A DNA stretch of 48,235 nucleotides, from assembly GCA_002269645.1 (NCBI GenBank), contig NIVC01003186.1:1-48235 (forward strand), given 5' to 3'. Shown one piece after another: positions 24,530-36,041 of the stretch. The position numbers and the translations under genes are program-made. Under the pieces are notes generated by a model. That model saw nothing but the letters and a program-made list of their open reading frames with translations, had not been told where the DNA came from and did not search any database. Every line of letters starts with the position of its first letter. Within the stretch, counting starts at the first letter, position 1. The DNA is from Macrostomum lignano. Taxonomy: Eukaryota.

Positions 24530-25235
24530 CTTGCCTCCTCCCAACAGCGACCGGACCCAAAGCTCCGCGTGTGTCACCAGCATTGGATCCTCAGGCCCGC
24601 CTGATCTCCGCCGCTGCCTCTGACCAGCCATTCTCTAACTGGGTCCGAGGATCGGGGAAGGGAGTCCAACCCCCTCAGCTTCCCCCCGCTCTCCAGCCTC
24701 ACCTGGTGGATCCAAACGCCTCCAGGATCCAACCCCAAACGCCGCCCGAGCCCCCAACCCCACTTTTCCCATTCTCCGCTCGGCTCCCCGCGGCGCTTCT
24801 CCCGATCTCCCAGAGCGAGTGCCGGAGCCCCACCCCCGGCCTCGGAGCCTCGGTGAGAGCGGCGCCACCCATAAAAAATGGCCTTCCTTCCCTCCAACAC
24901 GGGGCAGACAATCAGTGAAGAATCAGTGAATCTGGAGAAAATTTTCTGTCTAGAAGAAAATCATGAGCCTCATCAGTCCTCAAGCGGCGAGTGTTCACGT
25001 CCTGTGCTGCCCCCACTGCTCCTACATGACCCTGCAGCAGGGCAATCTGGTTTCCCACCTGTCCTCTGAGCACTGCACTGCTGCTCCTGAAAGCAAGGAA
25101 CTGGAAGAGCCGCAGCAACAGGCCGAGCCAAAGGTGCAGCTGCACAAGTGCACCCTGTGCAAGACCATATCAACCCAGTGGGCTCTGATGCTGGACCACA
25201 TGGCTCTGTACCATGACATCTCCGACACTGAGAAG
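24530..25235 (+). CDS. Pro-rich exon plus exon encoding two C2H2 zinc fingers (5' end of gene unresolved)
   Basis: Exon 24530-24852 (acceptor CCTTTCCCCTGCAG, donor TCG|GTGAGA) and exon 24954-25235 (acceptor TTTTCTGTCTAG, donor AAG|GTAATT) join in frame. Fingers CPHC-x12-HLSSEH and CTLC-x12-HMALYH both fit C-x2-C-x12-H-x4-H. Confidence 0.75.
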
Positions 25236-25239
25236 GTAA

Positions 25240-27980
25240 TTTTGCCTGCTTTGAAAATTTTCGTATTAGAACTCAAACCCCGTGCTCAAATCTCATTGGA
25301 CGCGGCTGATCTGTCCAGCTTCTCATTCGCGAGCTTCTCCCAGCCTCATCTCGTATGAAAATAAAGCCAATGAGAGCTCAGCTGCTGCTCTCCATCATCT
25401 CGGGATCTGGGAGAAACGGATTATTCCAACTTTCAGTCATTTGAGATGTTTAAATTGCTCAACCGGGACCCTTCTAATTCGAGAATTTTTCTGTGTAAAA
25501 TTCTTTGAAGAAGTTTGCACCATTGTGCCCAACGAACTGTTCCTGATGCAGCATAGAGTCTGGATAATGGACAGATTGAGAAATCTAAATGGAAAGACAA
25601 TAAAAAAACTGAAAAATAGCAAGAAAAAAACATTTTACTTAGGGAAATAGATCCGGATAGTAAGAGGGGTAGAGTAGAAAGGGGAGGAGGAGTAGAAGAG
25701 AGATAGAGGAAGAAAGGAGAGAGTAGACCGGATAAAAAAAGAGAAGGAAGAGTAAAGAGGGGAGAGTGGACAAGAGAAGAGAGTAGATAGAAGAGGGGAG
25801 AGTGGACAAGAGAAGAGAGTAGATAGAAGAGTAGAGACTGAACAGGGGAGAGTAAATAGGAGAGTAGAGTGTATTGACAGAGTAGAGTATAGAGTAGACA
25901 GTAGACAGGGTAAAGTAAAGAGATGAGAGCAGAGAAGGGAGAGTAGACAGGGTAGAGCAGAGAAGGGAGAGTAGACAGGGTAGAGCAGAGAAGGGAGAGT
26001 AGACAGGGTAGAGCAGAGAGGGGAGAGTAGACAGGGTAGAGCAGAGAAGGGAGAGTAGACAGGGTAGAGCAGAGAGGGGAGAGTAGACAGGGTAGAGCAG
26101 AGAAGGAACAGAGGCGGCAGTGAAACGGAAATGCGGCTCCCTCAGCCAGGCCAGCAGACTGCAGACCATGCAGTTTTACAGCCAGCCGGGTGTCTGTCTT
26201 CATCACCCCTTTCTCCCTCACTGCCTCAGCTCTGCTTTCGTCTACTTGAACTGGGGAGTTGGGACAAAGGAGGCTGGGTTCGCTGTGATGCTGCTCTCCA
26301 TCTCTGCCGCTGAATCCATCATCATCAATAGATTTCTCGGTGCAGCCAGAGGCCAAGCAGAGATGAGTCATCAGAGCCGCTCCCCTCGCAGCCTCTCTGC
26401 TTGGCCGAACTGCAATGGCTTTACCGAATGCGTTTAGTCTGTTTAGCTTTGAAATTTTCGTATCAGAACTCAAACCCCGTGCTCAAATCTCATTGGTCGC
26501 GCCTATGATATCCAGCTTCTCAATTGCGAATTTCTCTCAGCCTCAATCTATGAAAATAAAACCAATGAGAGCTCAGCTCTGCTCTCCATCATCTCGGGAT
26601 CTGGGAATAACGGATTATTCTGCTTCTGAATCTTGGGAATTTCAGTCGGAATTTCTGCGAGTGTTTTTCCCCCAAGTCTGTCGCTCAGCTGGGACTCGCC
26701 TAGAAGCACCAAATTTCATGGCGCAAGGCCTTAAGCAGAGCTAAACATTCACAAAATGGATGCTTTGAAACTTTTAGGCGATGTAAAATTTTCATGTAGG
26801 TCTTGTAAAAGCGACCTGTGTGTAGGAGACAATTTGAAAATGGAAATCTAAGGCAGAAGACAGCAAATGTCTTTTGTTTTTTAGCGATAAAAAGGGAATG
26901 CTATTTGGGAAGACTGGTTGAGTAGAGAGAGATAAGGAGAGAAAGTGGAGGAGGGTAGAGATAGGGGAGAAGAGAGGAGAGAAGGCGAGTAGTGAGTAGA
27001 TAGAGCAGAGAGAGGAGAGTAGAGAGTAGAGAGGGGAGAGTTGAGTAGAAAGGAAAGAGTAGAGAGTAGAGAGTAGAGTAGAGACGGAGATTTAAGAGTA
27101 GACAGGGTAAAGTAAAGAGACAAGAGTAGACAGTAGACAGGGTGGAGCAGAGAAGGGAGAGTAGACAGGGTAGAGAAGAGATGGGTGAGTAGACAGGGTA
27201 GAGCAGAGATGGGAGAGTAGACAGGGTAGAGCAGAGTAGACAGGGTAGATCAGAGATGGGAGAGTAGACAGGGTAGAGCAGAGATGGGAGAGAAGACAGG
27301 GTAGAGCAGAGAAGGGAGAGTAGACAGGGTAGAGCAGAGAAGGGAGAGTAGACAGGGTAGAGCAGAGAGGGGTGAGTAGACAGGGTGGAGCAGAGAGGGG
27401 AGAGTAGACAGGGTAGAGCAGAGAAGGGAGAGTAGACAGGGTAGAGCAGAGAGGGGAGAGAAGACAGGGTAGAGCAGAGAAGGGAGAGTAGACAGGGTGG
27501 AGCAGAGAGGGGAGAGTAGACAGGGTAGAGCAGAGATGGGAGAGTAAGACAGGGTAGAGCAGAGAAGGGAGAGTAGACAGGGTAGAGCAGAGAGGGGAGA
27601 GAAGACAGGGTAGAGCAGAGAAGGGAGAGTAGACAGGGTAGAGCAGAGATGGAACAGAGGCGGCAGTGAAACGGAAAGGCGGCTCCCTCAGCCAGGCCAG
27701 CAGAATGCAGACCAGTTTTACGGCCGGTGTCTGTCTTCATCACCCCTTTCTCCCTCACTGCCTCAGCTCTGCTTCCTCTACTTGAACTGGGGAGTTGGGA
27801 CAAAGGAGGCTGGGTTCGTTGTGATGCTGCTCTCCATCTCTGCCGCTGAATCCATCATCATCAATAGATTTCTCGGTGCAGCCAGAGGCCAAGCAGAGCT
27901 GAGTCATCAGAGCCGCTCCCCTCGCAGCCTCTCTGCTTGGCCGAACTGCAATGGCTTTACCGAATGCGTTTAGTCTGTTA
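25240..27980. repeat. Diverged tandem duplication (units ~25240-26440 and ~26441-27980), each containing a purine-rich ~28-bp minisatellite (AGAGCAGAGAAGGGAGAGTAGACAGGGT)n
   Basis: 25250-25420 matches 26448-26620; 26108-26425 matches 27654-27975. Purine arrays at ~25660-26107 and ~26915-27655. Confidence 0.85.
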
Positions 27981-29070
27981 GTCAGTCAGCTCGTAGATTG
28001 CGAGCAATTTCTCTCTCTGCTTCCATCGCCCCTTCCCGCTCGCGATCCCCACGCAATTCTCCGGGCACTATCTCTATCTCTACCAGCCCTCGCTCGGTCT
28101 GTGCCGCTGCGCCGCCGCTTCTAGGAGAAACTGGGGGGGGGGGTTGGGGTTCGAGGACAGGAAAATTTGCAGCGGCAGGAGAAGAAGAGGAGAAAGCAGA
28201 AGAGAGATAGCCTTTTTCCCCGGGGCGCTGCATAGGAGAAGCCTCGGGCTTGTCCATGCAACGGGGAGTTCCTGCGCACCATCTTGTTTATCTTCAGTCT
28301 CCGTCTCTACCTGCCCCCCCCCCTCACTCTCTCTTCGCTCATTTTCTCCGATTCCTCAGCCAGAGAGGCTGAGGCTGTATAACTGGGGCGGCCATCAGAG
28401 AGGGGGTCGCCGCTGCTGCCGCCGCTTATGGAATTTATGGAGCAGTCGGCCCCCAGCCGTATATTTCTGAATGCGGGCTTGCTATGCGCCCCTCTCCTCC
28501 GCCAGCCTCTTCTGCGCTGGGTCGGAGAGCGGGTGAAGGTCAAAGGGGTATAAAGGGAAATCTCCCCTTCTGAGGCTGGACAATCCAGCCGGATTACCGG
28601 AGACGATGCAGCTCCCAGTCTGTCGCCTGGGAAAGTCAAGGCCCCATACTATAAGCGTGAAAACAAACAATGCGGAGCTGCAGTCGGAAGAGGATCTCTC
28701 CGATTTCGGTCGGCGTCGGAGAGGAAGCTTTCGAAAGTCTCTCTCGGAGGGCTCCCCAATTATGAAAGCAACTGGGGAAGACTGAGAGAGAAGAGGCGAT
28801 GCGCAGCGGGGGTCCGGCCGCCCCCGCGGAGAATTCTCTCAGGCCGCTGGGATCCCAGAGCTGGCCTTCCATGGGCGTCAATCACTGGAGCCCCGAAGCT
28901 GCTCTCTGGGACCGCTGGCTGCCCCGTCTCTTTGCTGGCAAATCCCCTCGTTCTTCCATCTACTTTCTCCCGGCCGCCCGCCCCAAGGGCGCCACGGCAG
29001 CACACACGGGAGCCAATGCTGCAGCTCTCCCGTATTCCTTCTCTCTCCCCCCCCCTTTTGCGCTTTGCAG

Positions 29071-30280
29071 CAGATCGGTCTCTTGGCTTCCGAAGACCTC
29101 CGCCTGCAGCCCGGCAACCAGCAGCAGCAGCAGCAGCAGCAGCAAACTTCTCCCAGCCAGCAGCAGCCAATCGGTTCGAGGAAGAGAAAGTCAACCGTGC
29201 CGGTGAGTGAAGCCTCGAGGCTGCCCTGCCGCCGCCTCCCCCATCCGAGGCAGACGCGCAGCTATGCATGCGCAGAAGCCTCTTTACTGCCACTCAGTTT
29301 CTCCTCCCTGATCTGCCCTGCATGCCTGCTGGTCTCTGGCGCTCTGTCTCTGGAATAGCATCCCCTCAGCCTCTCGGAGCCCGCCCGGCAACCAGTGATG
29401 AATGGCCCCCCCCCGCCCCCTACCACTCTCTGTTCCCCCACTCTTCTCCATTTCTCTCTCTCTTGATTTCGGCTAGTCATTTTTTTACCTTGCCGCCTTC
29501 ATCCCAGCCGCAGCTGCCGGCCTCATCCTCACTCACCACCATGTTGCTGAAATCTCCCATCTCCCCAACCCCGCGACCCCAAGCCCTCTCCACATCCCTC
29601 CCGCTCCATCTCCATCCCCAAGTTTCCCTAAATATCCCGCGCTGCTGCCGGAGGGGCCTCGGGTCCACTTTGCTAGACCTCGAGTGAGCGAGAGAGACAG
29701 CGAGATGGAGAGCTGCGGGCAGCTAATTGGGGGGCTCGGGATGGGGAGAGATAAGACAGAAGCGGGAGAATCCAGTGATGGGCAGAGCCCCTTATCTATA
29801 AGCTTGGCGCTCCTTATCTATAAGCTTGGCGCTCCTTATCTATAAGCTTGGCGCCCCTCATCTATAAGCTTGGCGCTCCTTATCTATAAGCTTGGCGCTC
29901 CTTATCTATAAGCTTGGCGCCCCTTATTTATAAGCTTGGCGCCCCTTATCTATCCACAAATTTGTCAATCAATCTCAGGAGAAGCTCTGCTCGGATTCCG
30001 ATGACTCCGCAACGCCACTCGCTGTTTCCAACAGCAACGGAAAGCAGAAGCAGTCGCAGCCGCAGCAGCAGCTGCAGCAGCAGCAGCAAACTCCGACTCG
30101 AGTTGAGAAGCATTCGAACTCTGCAGCCAGGAATCGGAACAAGGAGGCTTTGCAGCAGCAGTTGCTCCAGCAGCAGCTTCAGCAGCAGCAGCAACAACAA
30201 CAGCAACGGCAGCAGCAGCAATACTATCAAAGCCAGCAACAGCAACAGCTCCAGCTTCAACTCAAGCTGCATCATCACAC

Positions 30281-30327
<47 letters not shown>

Positions 30328-32842
30328 CGAGCCTCCCCGCTGGCTTCTTCTTGTTCGGACCGACCAAGCTCGCCGCCTCGGGCCTGCAGCCGCAACTGCC
30401 GCAGCCGCAGCCGCAGCAAAACTTTCTTGGGCCAGCGCCGCCTCAGCTGCAGAGTTTTAATTTCGGCCGGTCTTTTCAACTGACACCGTCGCTGTCTGTG
30501 AGTTGCCACGTTCTCTGCTCGAATATTTAAATTTGCATTACTTGCCTACTATGAGTAGGATAATTATGCTTGTTTTGATGTGTTGAAATCTTTAGTCCGA
30601 CGCGACACTGATAGAGTAATTGATAGTGACAGTTCATAACGAGTGAGGGACAGATGTACATTTAGTGTGACTGACAGTCTCGGAGTGACAGTCTCGGAGT
30701 GACAGTCTCGGAGTGACAGTCTCGGAGTGACAGTCTCGGAGTGACAGTCTCGGAGTGACAGTCTCGGAGTGACAGTCTCGGAGTGACAGTCTCGGAGTGA
30801 CAGTCTCGGAGTGACAGTCTCGGAGTGACAGTCTCGGAGTGACAGTCTCGGAGTGACAGTCTCGGAGTGACAGTCTCGGAGTGACAGTCTCGGAGTGACA
30901 GTCTCGGAGTGACAGTCTCGGAGTGACAGTCTCGGAGTGACAGTCTCGGAGTGACAGTCTCGGAGTGACAGTCTCGGAGTGACAGTCTCGGAGTGACAGT
31001 CTCGGAGTGACAGTCTCGGAGTGACAGTCTCGGAGTGACAGTCTCGGAGTGACAGTCTCGGAGTGACAGTCTCGGAGTGACAGTCTCGGAGTGACAGTCT
31101 CGGAGTGACAGTCTCGGAGTGACAGTCTCGGAGTGACAGTCTCGGAGTGACAGTCTCGGAGTGACAGTCTCGGAGTGACAGTCTCGGAGTGACAGTCTCG
31201 GAGTGACAGTCTCGGAGTGACAGTCTCGGAGTGACAGTCTCGGAGTGACAGTCTCGGAGTGACAGTCTCGGAGTGACAGTCTCGGAGTGACAGTCTCGGA
31301 GTGACAGTCTCGGAGTGACAGTCTCGGAGTGACAGTCTCGGAGTGACAGTCTCGGAGTGACAGTCTCGGAGTGACAGTCTCGGAGTGACAGTCTCGGAGT
31401 GACAGTCTCGGAGTGACAGTCTCGGAGTGACAGTCTCGGAGTGACAGTCTCGGAGTGACAGTCTCGGAGTGACAGAATCCTCAACCAATCAAATCAAATT
31501 TGAATATTTCAGGTAACGGAGCAGCCCCAGCCCGAGGAGGTCCCGGCCGCGCTGGACCTCAGCGTCAAGGACGTCAAGACGCCGCAGCCGCCACAGCTGA
31601 TTCCGGGTGTCAAGTCCCTGTCGCCGCCAATGCTGCAGCAGCACCAGCAGCAGCCGCCGCCGCCGCCGCCGCCGCTGCACACACCGGGCCAGCCATTGGG
31701 CGCTCGACAGCGGCGCTCCGGCCAGCAGCGGCACCGCGCCTCAGCAGCCAGACGGGCCGCCAAGCTCAGCTCGCCCCCGATGAAGTTTTCCGAGGTGAAC
31801 TCGCCGGTCGCGGCGCCGGCGGCCTCCGAGGAGGATGGCTCTCTCCTGCTGTCAGGCGGCAGCGGCGGCGGCGGCGGCAGGAGCAAGGCGCAGCGGCAGA
31901 ACTTCAGCCCGGCGCAGAACCGCCTGCTGTTGAAGTGGTTCAACGAGCACAGCGACAAGCCCTACCCCTCTGGCGACGACACCAAGGAGCTGTCGGAGAT
32001 CACCGGGCTGAACTACGCGCAGGTGAAGAAATGGTTTGCAAACAAGAGGATGCGATCGAAGGTCACGGGCCAAGGCCTCGACACGCAGCCGCTGTCGTCT
32101 GCAAACAGCCCGCAGCAGTGGGGCGATGAGGCGGAGGTGAGGCTGGAGAAGCTCAAAGCGGCTTGGCGTCCTGAAGCCTAGAAACAGCTGGAGAGTAGAA
32201 AGTTGAAAGGGTAGAGTAGAGAGTAGAATTGGGAGAGCAGAGTAGAATTGGGAGAGCAGAGTAGAATTGGGAGAGCAGAGTAGAATTGGGAGAGCAGAGT
32301 AGAATTGGGAGAGCAGAGTAGAATTGGGAGAGCAGAGAGTAGAAAGCGGAGAATAGAGAGTAGAATTGGGAGAATAGAGAGTAGAATTGGGAGAGCAGAG
32401 AGTAGAAAGGAGAGAGTAGAGAGTAGAATGGGAGAGCAGGGAGTAGGAAGGGGAGAGCAGAGAGTAGAAAGGAGAGAGTAGAGAGTAGAAAGGAGAGAGT
32501 AGAGAGTAGAATTGGGAGAGCAGAGAGTAGGAAGGGGAGAGCAGGGAGTAGGAAGGGGAGAGCAGGGAGTAGGAAGGGGAGAGCAGGGAGTAGGTAGAAA
32601 GGGTAGAGTAGAGAGAAGTAATAGCCGTTGACTTGCTTTAGTAAATGCACAGTAACAAGATGGTAAAATTTTCAATAATAATTATCTACAGTTTCCTAGC
32701 CTCACCCTTACTTACCCTTACATCCTTGCAGTTGTGCAGCATCAACAGAATGGATCAGGAGAACCTGGAGAAGGACAGCCTGAGTCTCAATCTCAACGAT
32801 CATCCAATGAACAGCGACAGCGGCGAGGCGACCGAGTGTTGA
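29071..32842 (+). CDS. PolyQ-rich divergent TALE-class homeodomain transcription factor (exons 29071-29202, 29979-30497, 31513-32136, 32732-32842)
   Basis: All GT-AG, phase-0 junctions, open frame to TGA at 32842. Homeodomain at 31882-32061: SKAQRQNFSPAQNRLLLKWFNEHSDKPYPSGDDTKELSEITGLNYAQVKKWFANKRMRSK, with TALE loop spacing and PYP. Also an RKRK basic motif, an ALDLS CtBP-type motif and long Gln runs. Read-through of the last donor would instead stop at 32181. Confidence 0.85.
29789..29952. repeat. 22-bp minisatellite (CCTTATCTATAAGCTTGGCGCT) x7 plus a partial unit
   Basis: Tandem copies ending ~26 nt before the acceptor at 29978. Confidence 0.95.
30672..31475. repeat. Perfect 14-bp minisatellite (TGACAGTCTCGGAG)n, ~57 copies, intronic
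   Basis: No variant unit seen; explains track ORFs 30564..31484 and 30634..31488. Confidence 0.98.
32205..32615. repeat. Purine-rich ~19-bp minisatellite (AGAGCAGAGTAGAATTGGG)n and variants in the last homeobox intron
   Basis: Tandem copies between the donor at 32137 and the acceptor at 32731. Confidence 0.9.
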
Positions 32843-33300
32843 ACGTCCAATCCCTCCATTGAAAATCCCAATTCATACATGGACATGGAACTCATTTTGT
32901 GAAGTTTTCCCCACTCGCTCGGCCCCTGTCCAGCTTCTTGTAAAATAGTTCGCACAAAACATGTAAAACGCTACGTTAATCGCGCTTTTGTTTTTGCTTT
33001 CTAAGATTACTACTGCTCATTAGTAGTGAGCAGCGTCCAGTCGAGGTTGACGAAACGTTCTTGTACATTTTTAGCTCGTAAGCAAGTCATCACCATTGGT
33101 CGCGAGAAACAGCTTAAATTTATTGTTTAGATAAAATCTGCTTTGCTCGTGGTCAAATCTATAGTTTAAAAAAACAAACAAAAATAAACGAAAACTTATT
33201 AAATCACTGCTGCAAATCGAAATAACTCATTTTGGTTCGAGACTTTTGATTTCTTACTGACTACGGTCACGAATTCAAACGGATGCAACAAGACTGCACG

Positions 33301-34444
33301 GAGTCCCGCTGTCTCACCAAGGAGTCCCGCTGTCTCACCAATGAGTCCCGCTGTCTCACCAATGAGTCCCGCTGTCTCACCAAGGAGTCCCGCTGTCTCA
33401 CCAAGGAGTCCCGCTGTCTCACCAAGGAGTCCCGCTGTCTCACCAAGGAGTCCCGCTGTCTCACCAAGGAGTCCCGCTGTCTCACCAAGGAGTCCTGCAG
33501 TCTCACCAAGGAGTCCTGCAGTCTCACCAAGGAGTCCCGCTGTCTCACCAATGAGTCCCGCTGTCTCACCAAGGAGTCCCGCTGTCTCACCAATGAGTCC
33601 CGCTGTCTCACCAAGGAGTCCCGCTGTCTCACCAAGGAGTCCCGCTGTCTCACCAAGGAGTCCCGCTGTCTCACCAATGAGTCCCGCTGTCTCACCAATG
33701 AGTCCCGCTGTCTCACCAAGGAGTCCCGCTGTCTCACCAAGGAGTCCCGCTGTCTCACCAAGGAGTCCCGCTGTCTCACCAAGGAGTCCCGCTGTCTCAC
33801 CAAGGAGTCCTGCAGTCTCACCAAGGAGTCCTGCAGTCTCACCAAGGAGTCCCGCTGTCTCACCAATGAGTCCCGCTGTCTCACCAAGGAGTCCCGCTGT
33901 CTCACCAATGAGTCCCGCTGTCTCACCAAGGAGTCCCGCTGTCTCACCAAGGAGTCCCGCTGTCTCACCAAGGAGTCCCGCTGTCTCACCAATGAGTCCC
34001 GCTGTCTCACCAATGAGTCCCGCTGTCTCACCAAGGAGTCCCGCTGTCTCACCAAGGAGTCCCGCTGTCTCACCAAGGAGTCCCGCTGTCTCACCAAGGA
34101 GTCCCGCTGTCTCACCAAGGAGTCCTGCAGTCTCACCAAGGAGTCCTGCAGTCTCACCAAGGAGTCCCGCTGTCTCACCAATGAGTCCCGCTGTCTCACC
34201 AAGGAGTCCCGCTGTCTCACCAATGAGTCCCGCTGTCTCACCAAGGAGTCCCGCTGTCTCACCAAGGAGTCCCGCAGTCTCACCAAGGAGTCCCGCTGTC
34301 TCGCCAAAGAGTCCCACTGTCTCATCAAGGAGTCCCGCTGTCTCACCAAGGAGTCCCGCTGTCTCACCATGGAGTCCCGCTGTCTCACCAAGGAGTCCCG
34401 CCGTCTCATCAAGGAGTCCCGCTGTATCACCAAAGAGTCCCGCT
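33301..34444. repeat. 21-bp minisatellite (GAGTCCCGCTGTCTCACCAAG)n, ~54 copies, with a 315-bp (15-mer) higher-order period
   Basis: The variant TCCTGCAG pair recurs at 33493, 33808 and 34123. Confidence 0.97.
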
Positions 34445-36041
34445 CCCATTCCCTACCCACCAGGCGGTTTCCATAAAAGAGAAACTGACTGAGCCAAGGC
34501 AAGAATGTTTAGCCGAATAAAAGTCTTAGGCAGCCAAGCAGATCTTTGCAATGAGAGGCCAGGCAAGCTACCTGCATACTACTCATTGCGACCCTGGCTG
34601 CACAGTAGTATATAGCAGTATATTTAATTAGCTATCAGAATAGAACTCACACGCAAATTGCATGCGGCTGGGGGGGGGCTCAGCAACATAAATAATAAAA
34701 AGTCTGACAGAAATTCACAGCACAATAAGTCCAATAAAATTGAAATACAGATTCTTAGAAAGCAAAATTGAAAACATATTACGGAATGATAATAAAGAAC
34801 CTTTGTTGTAATGTGCGGCATTCGTTAGTTACTTATTCAACAAGGTAAAGAGCATATAAAAGTGGAAATAACAGAGCCTGTTTGCAGAGAACTTTGTATC
34901 AGTAATAATAACAAATAATAATAATAATAATATAAGGACGCAAACTCGATGGCGTACGCCAGACAGTGTAGTGGAGGCTGTGATGTGGAGCATATATATG
35001 ACGGATATATCATACAAAATGATAGTAGCTATAAAAAAACAAAAAACGCTAGCGGTAAACAGAGATTACTTGGCGAACAGGCCTGTTTCAATAGTGAAGA
35101 AAAATATTTATAAATAAAAAAGCAGGATAAAATGTTGAGGGCTACTGCTGTCAGTAGCAATATTTGGACATGCGCAGAGGAATGAATGGAAGTGGAGAGG
35201 AATGGTGGAGAAGATTTTAGGAATCAGTTGCATTTGAAGAGTTTCAGCCAAGCCTTTGCACTCCGGAGATTTAGTCAAGTGTCATAACAAAAAAACCGTT
35301 ATTACAATGATAACTGAAAAAACATTACATAATTTAACAGAAAATTATAACATACAAGCGTATTATTATTAATTAAATATTCAATTATATGTTGGACCGA
35401 ACTTAAATGCAGCAATTTGCAAAGCACTCACTCACTCAGGTGAATTCTGAAAAATCAATAATGGCATAACCAGTTCTCCCCGCAGATACTACTCGTAGAA
35501 TAACTACTAGGGCCACTCTGGCATATATACTTTCAGTAGCAAAGAAGAATACATAAGCTATTTTATAAAAATAAAGCCAGCTAAAATGACTTTGATAAGT
35601 TTAGAAGCCCAAGCTTGCAGGCGTAAACAACTTGCTAATTGGTTCAGCCGTAATGTACATTAGCCAGTCCACTGAAATGTACATGGCAGCTTTAAGGCTG
35701 GAATTCCGAGAAAGGCAATAAAAATTGGGGTGGGGCGGGGAGGGGGGTAGTGTGGAAAGGCGCGGTTGGAGGGTTTGGGCTGGGGGGGGGGTAAGAGCCA
35801 ATAAAACGATCCTTGGCTTTAAAAATACATTAAAATACCTTCAGTTTAATTTGCTACTGAACTGAAAGCAGCTTACATGCAAATGTGCTGAGTGGCCCAT
35901 CTAGCTATTCTAGTATCTGCGGTTCTCCCCAAGTGAGGTTTATTAGAAAAAATAATCAGTAATTAGTCACGGGAAGTCGGCCGTCGCATCGTATTGAAAA
36001 AGAATTTTTCACTAATAAAATTCAATTATTTAAACAGAAGT

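Noticed and set aside
27982-29700. Many overlapping 60-177-aa ORFs on both strands
   Set aside because: Low-complexity GC-rich sequence and antisense shadows of the CAG-rich exon; only 29071-29202 has matching splice sites.
30564-31488. 306-aa and 284-aa minus-strand ORFs (LSLRDCHSETVTPR)n
   Set aside because: Translation of the perfect 14-bp intronic array.
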